Positions 12,209 through 22,762 of a DNA stretch of 64,000 bases are shown here, one piece after another (within the stretch, counting starts at the first letter, position 1; each line of letters begins with the position of its first letter). The notes below the pieces were generated by a model. That model was not told where the DNA came from and searched no databases. It was given only the letters and a program-made list of their open reading frames with translations. Both the position numbers and the translations under genes were made by a program. Origin of the DNA: Selaginella moellendorffii (lineage: Eukaryota; Plantae; Lycopodiophyta); the NCBI RefSeq assembly GCF_000143415.4, contig NW_003314295.1:1659950-1723949 (forward strand), written 5' to 3'.

Positions 12209-12595
12209 TTGCATAGTGCTTTAAAACACTCCAGATATATGGGAGCTTTCACAGCAGCAAGATCTTCAAGGAGCCTTTTAATAAATTATCTCCATTCAGG
12301 AGCCTGCAAAGTCGCTTTCATTTTGCCCACTGCATTGCTCGAGGCACTTCTAGCAGCATGCCCAAGGCTGGAGATTCTCATCACCAAATGCGCCCATGGT
12401 ATGCCTGTTCTTAGAGTCTTGCAGAGTGCAAGCCTCACAGTATTCGCGTTTGTTGGGAAGCATATGTCTGAAGTGATTGTGGATGCTCCAAACCTCATTG
12501 TGGGACATTGGCCGATAACCAGCAGGTTGAGCACGCTCATAGAACTTGCGTGCCCTCGTCTTATATGGTCCATGCAGTCTAAACAAATGTTGTGA
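12209..12595 (+). pseudogene. Possible F-box/LRR(FBD)-type gene remnant
   Basis: LEALLAACPRLEIL..C..G...LRV..SASL.......VIVDAPNL resembles the LRR of plant F-box/FBD proteins. No recognisable F-box or complete gene. Confidence 0.4.
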
Positions 12596-14595
12596 CAAAG
12601 CTATATGTGGACAATGGAGCCCAGATGAGCTGATTAAGTGTGCAAGCTCACACAAGCAATCACAAAACTACACCTTTATGCTAGAACCAACGAGGATATG
12701 AGCCTAGCATGCTAGCACCACTAGTCAACGCTAGAATTGGGTCAGTTTTCCTTGAAATGAAATTGTATGTAACATCTTATAATCTTTTTGCACCTTAACC
12801 GTGCCATGCACACGTCAAGGATGAGGGACTTACCATCTATTTAAGAGAAAACACGTCTGAGGCACCTTATACTCCGGTCAAAAGTTTACTTCAAGATCGT
12901 CAAGCTTGTGGTGAACTTAAATGATTTACACAAGATTTACAGATGTTTGAAATCTTGGAGGCTCGTGGTTTGGCCATTAAAATTTTCTATAAAGGTTGAA
13001 ATTTTTTCTTTTATATTACATCTTTCTTCACTGTTTTGTCCGAGACAAACTTCGTCGCGAATTTCGTCAACATCTTCACTACAGAACTGACGTAAGCCGC
13101 CGAGTCTCAGCTGGAGCGCGCTTCTTATCCAAGGCTTGCCTCGAGGAATGTCATCTCTTGCGGAGTGAGAAGTACGGCTGGGCTTCGAAGCGGGGGTGCA
13201 ACAGGTGATCGTGCTGGGGATGGGGATGGGAATGGCAAGCCGGGTGGTATGCAGGAATGATTTATTCTGTGCATGGAACGGAGGATCGGGTGTTAAACCG
13301 CGCAATTGGTGAGGATTGCTCCAAGTGCTGGGATTGTGGGCCACACGCTAGAGGATCTGGGCCCTGGACATGCTCGCCTGGAGTTTTGACATTCGAGCAT
13401 GGGTTAGGGTTCTTATCACAGGGCGGGATCTCGACCGGCCGGAGAGAATGGTAGTAAACCAGGAACTAGTCCAAATTCCGCGGGCATTTTTCTTCTTTAT
13501 GAGCAATTCCACATGATGAGCAATTTGCAAAACTCAGCAGCAGTTCTGGAGTGTGTAGCTCCATGATCAAAGTCCAACGTTGCCAATGGAGACTAAAGCA
13601 GTTGCACGGCTCTAGCAAGCACATTTGTTCATAGCTTTTCTGTATCCAATTTGAGTGGAGATGGCCCAACGAGATTAAAAGCAAGGGTGGGAATCATGTG
13701 GCTATGGGTTTTGTAAACACTTAGCTATAGATGGCTGTTGTGATACCACTTGTCAATGCGTACTTCTGCTTCTGGACGTTATAACTCAAGAGTGCTAAGC
13801 CAATCATCAATAGAGGTTTAACGTAAGCTTACATGTGCCACTGCACAAGCCCAATCCACAGAGTCGATGAAAAGTCGACAAGCTCAGCGCTCCTTGCTTC
13901 TGCTGCAGTTTTTGATCCAGCCAAGAACGATCTGGGGTGGAATATATGCAATATTAAGCTAACAAATGATGTTTACAAAAGGGAATTAATAGTAGTTTGT
14001 ATTATTTGAGTAAAAAATAATTCTAAACGTGGGTCTCATGAGGATGCCAGGAATGTCATTTTGGAGCAACCCACGAATTCACAAAGGTTTAGGCGAAGCC
14101 ACTTAAGGATCTTCCTTTCGATCTCTATGTGTCTGCTAGGAAGTAAGCTTTGCACTTAGTGTTTATGCTATATGATGTTCTGCTGCGGCCTGTGCATGAC
14201 AGGGTCCAAATACAAACCCTGTAAGGAAAAAGAGAAGAAATTCTATACAAACAACAAAAACAACCAATTGCTCACCAAGTCGTCCAAGGAAGAAAGAGTG
14301 GCAAGCAATAGAAACACGCTGGGAATGGTCATGGGGAACTTTGAGCATGGTGAGGCGCTGGATGCTTCCTTTGAATTTTTTGGTCTTGCCTAACGTAGCC
14401 AGATTTAAACTTTGAGAACTTCTATTAAGCCTGCCAGCATTTTCCTTGGCAATTTCTCATTAAGTATGATAAAAAACATTTTTTGCAAGCAAGAAAAAGT
14501 AGAGAGTGTTTTGTGAGGTAAGCATTCTGTTCCATCACGTCTCCTCTAGTCCATGTCTTTATAAGAGCAACACGTATGCACCGAAGAATCGCAAA

Positions 14596-15297
14596 ATGGC
14601 AGCAGTCGTGGGAGATCAGTTTCGCTCTGCTCAAGAACAGCTACAGCTCGTGTATGAAAGAAATACTTGGAGCAGTGATACTGTGACAGATCTCAATGGG
14701 AGGCTTTTGCTCAAAGTGAAGCGCCCGACCTTCAGTGCAACGGATGTGCTCATCACAGATCCGAGCTCTCGTCCCATCGTTGTAATCTATCATGAGGTAC
14801 TTGATTAAATTTGGCTTCTCTAGAATTGTGATCAATATCTTTCGGCATTCTCACAGTTAAAGAACTTTCGCACTAACTGGAAAGTTTTCCGCGAGCAAAG
14901 CAGGGACACTCCGTTGCTTTGCACAGTCAGGAAATCATCTCGGATTCAATTCAGCCTTTCTCTTGATGTATTTCTGGCCTCCAACAATCCAGATTCCGAT
15001 TCGAGTGAGCCTGATTTTCAGGTAAAGAAGGAAGTGCTTGGCAGTAGCATTGAGGTTTCTCGTGGACGAGGAGGAGCAGTGGTTGCCAGGGTAAGTCTAT
15101 CAGCAACTAATCATAAGAAATTATATGCATACATATATATTTCTTACCAGGCTGAGGCGATATCTCTCCTTTCCAACACAAGGTACCAGATCAGCGTGGC
15201 TCCTGGAGTTGATTATGTGTTTGTGCTGTCGCTGATTCTGATCGTAAAAGAGAAAGAAGAAGCTAGACAAACAGCCCCTTCATCCAATCTACGATGA
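14596..15297 (+). CDS. LURP-one-related (LOR/DUF567, tubby C-terminal-like) protein, 3 exons (14596-14796, 14857-15090, 15151-15297)
   Basis: VVGDQF...VTDLNGRLLLKV...W.VF...LCTVRKSS..QF..LDVFLA...PDF.V...Y.ISVAPGVDYVFVLSLILI; GT-AG introns. Confidence 0.85.
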
Positions 15298-15764
15298 AAG
15301 AAGTTCCTATGACACAATTATATTAATATTTAAGAAGAAAATCTGGTATGAAATGTCTGGACTTGCTAACTTGTTAATTAAAGACAAAGCTCTTCTCCTT
15401 GAGATCTTGGGTTCAATTCTATGCTTCCAGGTGGTCGCCAGAAGATTTAAAACATGCCATAATATGGCACTGTTGAGAGTGGCGATTTCTGCAGAATTTT
15501 GTGTATGTTTTTTTGTTACAATATAATAAACGAGAAACCTTTTTATTTTTTCTTATTATTATTTATTTTTATTCAAATAATTATTTATTAAACTGGCTGT
15601 TAAGTTAACCAGCATTCTATGATGTGAAATGTTTTTTGAAGTGGTGAAATTCTTGTTGAATATTTGCATAATTTTCTGGTATAGCATTGTTACTTGCGTT
15701 GTATAAACTTGGACAGTAAAGTGATCTTCTATACGTTTTTGTTTCAAAGTCAAGGAAGGCAGGC

Positions 15765-16466
15765 ATGGCGCAAGAGGTTGTAGGCGGCCAGTTTTGCAGG
15801 GCGGAGCGAGATCAGCATCTGGTGTACGCAGAGCATTGTTTGAGCAGCCACAATGTGAAGGATGTCTCCACGGGCAATCTCGTATTCAAGGTGAAACACC
15901 CCACTTTCGGCAAAGCGGACATTCTTGTCAAGGATCGAAACTCCGCCACGGTTCTCCGCCTCTGCCAGAAGGTAACTGATGCTTGATTCACAAAACTTTC
16001 TCTCGAGGCCATCTTACCAATTTCCTCTCAAGATATGGCACCTCCACGCGACCTGGCAAGTCTTTCCGGGAGACAAATCCAGCGAGATGCTCTTCCTCGT
16101 CAAGGAGTCATCGCTGCTCGAATTCAATCTTTCCATGCATGTTTTCCTCGGCCCAAATAAGTCCCCGAAGGAGCATCCAGATTTCAAGGTAAGGAGGAAG
16201 GCAAGCAGCAGCAGCATCAAGATTTACAACAGAAACGATCAGATAATTGCCAAAGTAGCACGCTCTCATTGAGATCATTTGAGTAACTTTAACGTTTTTT
16301 TTCCTAGATCAAGCCAAGCTGTGGCTGCTGCTTATTGGGAGGACATGACATACATGTCAACGCAGGGACAGACTCCGCGTTTGTGCTGTCCTTGTTTTTG
16401 ATTGTCCATGCCAAAGATCAAGAAATCGCGGACACCATGGAGCAGGTAATGGCGACTGTAAGATGA
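15765..16466 (+). CDS. LURP-one-related protein paralog 2, 3 exons (15765-15971, 16033-16254, 16308-16466)
   Basis: VVGGQFC...VKDVSTGNLVFKV...WQVFPG...LFLVKESS..F...VFL...PDFKV...IHVNAGTDSAFVLSLFLI; same intron positions as paralog 1. Confidence 0.85.
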
Positions 16467-16599
16467 CGATACATTGTAAAACCGTGAAAGCATCCATGAA
16501 CATCTAAAGTAGGACGCTATCAAGTTCAAAGTAGCAATTTGTGCGAAAGACTCGATTAGCTTCCATCTATACAAAGCGAAAGAATTCTCTATATCATTC

Positions 16600-18302
16600 T
16601 CACTGTCTGTAAGCCTCCTTCTCCAAAGTCGCTGAAACAGCGGCCAAGGAGAAGGCAGTGGAGGCCCCTTTGGCAGCCTTGACTTTGGCAACCAAGAGGT
16701 TCCACCGTGACTCCTCTTTCTTCGTTTGCTGGCCGATCCGGTCCTTGAAATGCCTGTCGAAGAAAGAGCTGAAGAAACTAGCAGCGAAAAACTACAAACT
16801 CTTACCTGCAAAGTGGGACTTTGCATCGCTCGGCATCGCCACACATTCTCGAGTGTAGCTCCAGGAGCTCCCACATCCGCTTGCAATGAAGGCAGCCACC
16901 CGAGACCTTGGTCCGGCACCCGGCAAAGTGTCGGACCAGAGACTCGAGTCCCTTGCACGCTGGAAAGCCGCACGAAGAAGAAGACGAGGAAGAAGAAGAG
17001 AAAGAATTCTGCCTGTTGATACCGTCGGGCGGCCTTTCGTGCGGCCCGATGGTGCGGCATCCGTCGCGGCATATGTGAACCAGCGCCTCCATCGCGTCGT
17101 GGAGCTGCTTGTACACCTTGTCTTCCTCGGATTTTCTCAGCTTCTCTTGCTTTCTCTGCGAACAAAGAACGTAAGTTCAATGAAGCTATGGAAAGAATGC
17201 TTGGGAGAACTAGAACTTACGGCGTCGGCCTCGATGACGTGACCAACGAGCTCCTGCTCGAGCGTTTGATCGGACTCGCGCATCACTCGCCAGCCTTCGG
17301 ACTTTACCACCGTCTTGAAGCTGGCGACGATGAGACGCAGGCACAAGAGGTTTAGCCGGCTCGCATCGCACAGTCGTGCGAGCTGGAGCACGTCCACGAC
17401 GTTTTCGGTCGTGAGCAGGCCCCGCTCCAGCGCCTCGGTGCATTTCTTCTTGAGGAGCGGGATCGAGTACGAGTGGGAGAGCGCGAGCAAATGTAGCACG
17501 TACTTCTCCATCTCTTTTTCCTCGTATCTAGAGCAATGGTGACGATCAAGGAAAGAGAAAACATCCTTGGCTTACCGCGACGAATACACAAACCGAGTGA
17601 AAACTCTCGCAGCATCGTATGGAACTCCCAAAATGTGGATGGATCGCCGGTGGTGCTTTCCGGACGGTTGCTGCTCTTGGAGCAAGCGTAAGAAAACCGG
17701 AGAGCTTGCGGCCTGTTCGAGAAAAAAGAAAACTTTGCTTGCGTATACTAGATTTTCAAGCTTACCAGCACGAACGAGTGAGCAGCAGTCATCCCTCCAT
17801 CCTCGGTGACGATGCAAACGTCCGTATGGAGGCCCTCGCAAAACAACTTGTCCCAATTGTCGACGATCTCTCTCGGCACCAGAACTCCCCCAGTGCTCGC
17901 CCTGCTGCTGGAAGAACTCGCCGACAACTTCGCCCTTCTAACATTCCACGATGGAAGCAGAGGTGGTGGCGGTGCTGAAGAACTTGTCGTAGAACTCGTG
18001 AGCTCGGAGGAGTCGTGGAAAGGAGAAGAATTGATGGAGCCGCTACTACTGCTACTGTCCTGTGGTGTGGAGTTAAGACTAATCTCCTGCGAACTCGTCC
18101 GGCTGTGCAAAATGCCGGCTGTGTCTAGCGACGCCGATCTGTGGATGAGTGAATGGTTGTCTACCAGACCTGGCTTGTTTGACGAGGCATTACTGTCCTG
18201 TGATGATATTGATCGCTGGAGCGGAGGCCTGTACAGTGGTGGCTTCATTGCTCGGAAAGATGCTCGATCTTCATTGACTTGCTGATGGATTGTCAATGCC
18301 AT
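16600..18302 (-). CDS. BTB/POZ and TAZ zinc-finger domain protein (BT family)
   Basis: BTB (DVCIVTEDGG..AHSFVL|AASPVF; LLALSHSYSIPLLKKKC; ENVVDVLQLARLCD), TAZ (LVHICRDGC; GLESLVRHFAGC; CLHCKRMWELLELHSRMC; CKVPLC) and C-terminal calmodulin-binding-type WNLLVAKVKAAK. Multi-exon. Confidence 0.92.
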
Positions 18303-18752
18303 CTCTTCTCCACCATTTTCCAAGCAGGAAAGCAAACAGAACAGAGTCGAGAGAGAAAACTCTTGACGAGACCTCGAAAGGGGAATTCTATGGAACGCAA
18401 GCAAGAAAAAGAGAAACTTACAATGAAAGAGGGCCTCCTTGAAAGTTCTCTCCTTTTTGCTTTATCGAGCAAGATCCCAAGACCCACTAAGAATTCGATC
18501 GGTGCTCCGGTCTCGCAGCGTCAATCCAGGGTAGAATCGACCCCAGCAGCTCAAAGTCTTCGCAGAGATCGAGGGAGACAGCTCCGAAAAGTCCCGACTC
18601 TGGTCGCTGCTCGACACCATTATCGATCCTAGAGCTAAAGCCAGTAGAATCGCCACAGCCACCAAGACGAAAACAGTACTACTTTCGCTCGCCCTCCACA
18701 CAAACGCTCACACGCGCTCGCGAGAGGAAAAAACGCTGCCTGGGACATAAGA

Positions 18753-18781
18753 GAATATGCCACGCGGGTGCAAGAATATGC
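18753..18781. promoter_or_regulatory. Pair of P1BS elements upstream of the BT gene
   Basis: GAATATGC at 18753-18760 and 18774-18781. Confidence 0.5.
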
Positions 18782-19785
18782 CTGTCTCGTCTGCTGGACG
18801 AACAGAGCCCGTTGCGTGCAGCCAATGTAAATGCATAACGTATTTGTTCTAAGCTCGCGATTTATCATCCATTTAACGAACAAACACAGCTTCATTAGTG
18901 TGGCTGGACATGCAGCCTACGTACCTCCCCCAAGATTTGCCATGCAACGCACATTTCTACAACGCAGCCTTTGGAAAGTTGGTGGTTGCAACTTCGTTGT
19001 TTTTGGGAAGATCGTGACTTGAAAGCTCCGGAAGAAAATTTTCACCAACAAAACAAAAATAAAAATCGAAAAAAAGAGAGAGAGAGAAATGATGCCCAGC
19101 ATGAAACTTCTTTTGTGTTTGTCTTGTTATATGACACAAGAAAACACAAGACACCAAGTCCAAAAAACCATGCATCCAAACCGGCGCTGATGAATGAATG
19201 GCCATCTCGAATCGCTATAGAACTTGTCCTTGAGCAAACAGAGATGTCGATGAGGCGCAGGCGCAAGTGGATTCCCAAACTCCATACCTTGACATTGTCT
19301 TCAAATCTTTCTTTGATAGAATAGAAAATCCATACATTCCCATGGTTGGGAAGTGATCTCTTCCCTGACAAGGCAAAGTTGACCATAAATGCCCAATTGG
19401 GCCCAGCGCGTAGCCTGCATGGACACGACCTCTCCTCCCAAATTTTCCCTGGCACACATTAATTCATACACAAGGAAACTTCGCTCGCGAGCTGGAAAGA
19501 AATTCGTTTTAAATGCCCTGGAGTTTGATCTGATCATCGCAGAGCTCGCTGCTAGCGCGATCTTCCAAAATCCGAGCTCGCCACAGTCCAAACTGTGCGT
19601 CGCCACCACAGATAGGATTGAAAGAGAACACCAAGAATAAGATCGAGAGAAACAAAAACAAAGTGAGCTTATCATTGATGATCTTGGTTCTTACTTTCTT
19701 ATTCTCGGACCAAATTCCTCCTCCTTGTCGATCCAAAATGCGGAGAGAAAACTTCCACCCCCAAAAAACCCTGTTCGTTCTGTCT

Positions 19786-20031
19786 CTAATCTGCTCGGCC
19801 CAACAATCCCAGCGATGAATTGGAGTCTTTGAGGATCCTGGAGCAATCTGTGTAGCCGGAGCCCAATCCCACGCCCGCGCCAAATGCCATGGTCGCCCAT
19901 CGCGCCGATGGCGAGCGGAAGAACAGCAGCCCCGCGAACACTCCCACCGCCGACGAATACACGAACCTGCGCAGCATCACGTCGTAGCAGGCATCCATCT
20001 TCTCATCGTGCACTCGATCCGAGCCCGGCAT
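19786..20031 (-). CDS. MIC10: MICOS complex subunit MIC10 (DUF543)
   Basis: K.DAC.D..LRRFVYSS..G.F.GLLFFRSP..RWA..AFGAGVGLGSGYTDCS, with glycine-rich TM motifs. Confidence 0.9.
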   Translation of the reverse strand: MPGSDRVHDEKMDACYDVMLRRFVYSSAVGVFAGLLFFRSPSARWATMAFGAGVGLGSGYTDCSRILKDSNSSLGLLGRAD

Positions 20032-20066
20032 AGCTCCGATTCCTGCCTTCTCTCCTCCGCGTCCTC

Positions 20067-20110
20067 AAACCCTAGCTCCCTCTCAAACCCCAGCCCTAAA
20101 TTTCCACGTG
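20067..20110. promoter_or_regulatory. Telo-box and G-box upstream of MIC10
   Basis: AAACCCTA at 20067-20074; CACGTG at 20105-20110. Confidence 0.45.
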
Positions 20111-20256
20111 GCTCTCTTTTTCTTTTTTAAAAATAAAACAGTACATCTTATCGCACGGCCTAGTTTCGACGCGCCACATCAGACGGTCCAGTTCAAATAT
20201 CTAATCGGACGGCCGATATTCAAATAGCCGCATCGGACGGTCCGGGGCCATCGTCC

Positions 20257-22674
20257 TCACCAGTAATCCCCGCAAGAGCACGCCCCATCCTTGAAATGGT
20301 GGAACCTCCTCACGTCCCTCACCACGATCTCCCTGCCAAACACCTTGGAGATGAATTTCGAGGCGTTGTGGCAATCCACGCACACCCGCAAGTTCTTGAT
20401 CACGCGTAGCGTGGATCCCTGCGGCGTGCTCATCATCCCAAACGCGATGGCGAGCTTCTCGCTGTGGAATCGCAGCAGCTGCTCCTTCTGCTCCTCCTCC
20501 ACGTCGTGGAGCACCTCGCCCGTGACCGCCCGGTACCCCGCGCGCTCGATCGCGCCCATCACGCGCTCCAGCTCCGCGTAGATCGCCTCCGACTGTGGGT
20601 GCGATCGATCGCGCACCACAAACTCGTGCACCTTGCTCCGGATCTCGATCGAGCTCACGCCCGGGATCTTCCGGAGCCCCAGATCGGCCATGATCTTCCT
20701 CACCGCCGCAGCATCGTCCCACCGCCCGGCCGCCGAGTAGATGTTGCAAAGCGCGACATAGGCCGCGGTGTGATCCGCCCTGAGCTCCAAGACCCTCTCG
20801 GCGGCAAATCTCCCGCGCTCGGTATCGCCGTAGATCCGGCACGCGCCCATCAGGGCCATCCACGTGGCGGCATCGGGCGGCACAGGCATCGCCTGGACGA
20901 TTCCGTGCGCATCCGCGAGCCGGCCCTTCCGCCCCAGAAGATCCACCATGCATCCGTAGTGCTCGGTCGCGGGAACCACGCCGTGATCCCCGGTCATCGC
21001 CGAGAAGTGCTCGCATCCGGCTTTCACGAGCCCGGCGTGCGCGCACGCCGAGAGGAGATTCAAGAAGGCGATCCTCTCGGCATCAAATCCCTCCTGGAGC
21101 ATCGCCCGGAAGAGATCGCAGCAATCCTCGACGCGGCCGTGCTGCGCGCTCGCGGAGAGCATCGCATTCCAGGAGATCTCGTCCCTGGCGGGCATTCCAT
21201 CGAAAGCGTCCCTGGCGTCGCGCAGGCTGCCGCATTGCCCATACATGCTCACGATCGCGTTCCCGAGCGTGACATCGCGATCGAGGCGCCGATCCGCGGC
21301 GACGCAGGCGTGGATTTGCCTACCCTCGCTCAGCGCCGCCAGGCTCGCGCACGCATCCAGCGCGGTGATGTAGAGGATCCTGTCGGGCGAGATCCCGCGC
21401 TCGATGGCTGCGCCCCAGAGCTTGAACGTCGACCGGCGATCCCGGCACTGCGCGTATACTGCGATCATCGCAGTGACGAGCGCGGCATCCCATTCGCCCT
21501 CCTCGCGCGCCGAGAAGACCCTGATCGCATCCTCTTGGCCATCACATCTCGCGTAGGCCATCACAAGATCCGTGACGATGGCTACGTCCGTGACGACGCC
21601 GATCTCTTGGGCGATGGCCTCGACGAGCCGCGCGACGCGAAGATCCTCGCATCCTTCCAGCGCCGCAAAGAGAGTGGATCGCGTTGGAACCACGCCCTCG
21701 AGAAGCATCGCGTGGAACGTCTCCACGGCTAGCAGATGGCCGATCTGGGTAAATGCTGCGATCATCGATGTCCACGACACGGCATTCCTCTCGGGCATCT
21801 CCGCAAAGAATTTCCTGGCACAATCGATCTCTCCGCAGCGCGCGTACGCATTCACCAGAGCAGTAGCCACGACGACGTCAGATCCAAGCCCTGTTTCATC
21901 GAGGCAGGCGTGGAATCCCTTCACCTGGGAAGCGCGAAGTGATGGCGACGAAGAACACGCCTTGAAGACCGAGACAAATGTGACGAGATCCGGCGGGATC
22001 CCGAGCTGGAGCATCCGATAGAAGATCTCCAACGCCTCTCTCGGCGATCCATTCTGCGAATTCGCGGTGATCATCGCGTTCCACAGCACCACATCCAGAT
22101 GCCTCTCCAGATGCCCAAACAGGGCATTTGCGTCGCGCAGGCTCCCACACCGGCCATACATGCTCACCAGCGCGCTCGCAACGATCTCCTGGAGCCCCAA
22201 TCCAGCCTCGACCGCGCAGCGATGGATCAATCGTCCCGCCGCGAGGAATTCCTCGCTCGAGCACGCACTAAGCACCGACACAAACACAATAGCATCTAGC
22301 GCGATGCCCTCTTGCAAGATTCGATGGAACAAAGCTATGGCGGCCGCCGAATGGCCGCGCGACACGTAAGCGGATATCAGGACCGTCCAAAGCACGATGC
22401 TCTTGTGGGCGATCTTGTGGAAGACGTCTATCGCGCTCTCGAGGCTGCCACACCTGAGATACATGTAAACGAGGCTCGAGGCCAAATACCCATCGCGAGA
22501 CAAGCTCGGGCTACTCGAGATTTTGGAGTGAAGAAGTTTGCCTCTAGCAATCGAGTTACATTCCCGGACGAGACGAACAGCCGCGGCAGAGTCAAAACTC
22601 GAAAGATCCTGCTGCTGCTGCTGGATCCAAAATTGTTGCTGTTGCTCCAATCCTACTAGCTGGGATGATCGCAT
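20257..22674 (-). CDS. PLS-class PPR protein with E/E+/DYW domain (organellar C-to-U RNA-editing factor)
   Basis: Intronless 805-aa ORF with PLS repeats, HYGCMVDLLGRKG, PG box, HSEKLAIAFG, KNLRVCVDCH and terminal CSCGDYW. Confidence 0.96.
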   Translation of the reverse strand: MRSSQLVGLEQQQQFWIQQQQQDLSSFDSAAAVRLVRECNSIARGKLLHSKISSSPSLSRDGYLASSLVYMYLRCGSLESAIDVFHKIAHKSIVLWTVLISAYVSRGHSAAAIALFHRILQEGIALDAIVFVSVLSACSSEEFLAAGRLIHRCAVEAGLGLQEIVASALVSMYGRCGSLRDANALFGHLERHLDVVLWNAMITANSQNGSPREALEIFYRMLQLGIPPDLVTFVSVFKACSSSPSLRASQVKGFHACLDETGLGSDVVVATALVNAYARCGEIDCARKFFAEMPERNAVSWTSMIAAFTQIGHLLAVETFHAMLLEGVVPTRSTLFAALEGCEDLRVARLVEAIAQEIGVVTDVAIVTDLVMAYARCDGQEDAIRVFSAREEGEWDAALVTAMIAVYAQCRDRRSTFKLWGAAIERGISPDRILYITALDACASLAALSEGRQIHACVAADRRLDRDVTLGNAIVSMYGQCGSLRDARDAFDGMPARDEISWNAMLSASAQHGRVEDCCDLFRAMLQEGFDAERIAFLNLLSACAHAGLVKAGCEHFSAMTGDHGVVPATEHYGCMVDLLGRKGRLADAHGIVQAMPVPPDAATWMALMGACRIYGDTERGRFAAERVLELRADHTAAYVALCNIYSAAGRWDDAAAVRKIMADLGLRKIPGVSSIEIRSKVHEFVVRDRSHPQSEAIYAELERVMGAIERAGYRAVTGEVLHDVEEEQKEQLLRFHSEKLAIAFGMMSTPQGSTLRVIKNLRVCVDCHNASKFISKVFGREIVVRDVRRFHHFKDGACSCGDYW

Positions 22675-22762
22675 TCTAGAGTCACCCGAAGAATATCTTT
22701 ATCTCCGCCTTGCCAAAAGTTTCGTCGTCGTCCTCACAATCAAAACTGGAGTTTTCGTGGAG

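Noticed and set aside
12908-14400. GC-richer stretch with short ORFs, possibly a pseudogene
   Set aside because: Could not assign any family motif with confidence.
16332-17180. 282-aa minus-strand ORF
   Set aside because: Alternative frame of the BT exons running through introns.
18400-19780. Several short ORFs between BT and MIC10
   Set aside because: No recognisable domain or consistent exon chain; likely UTR and promoter sequence.
20201-22659. Long overlapping and antisense ORFs over the PPR gene (e.g. 20464-21732)
   Set aside because: Shadow ORFs expected from high-GC coding sequence; no recognisable domains.
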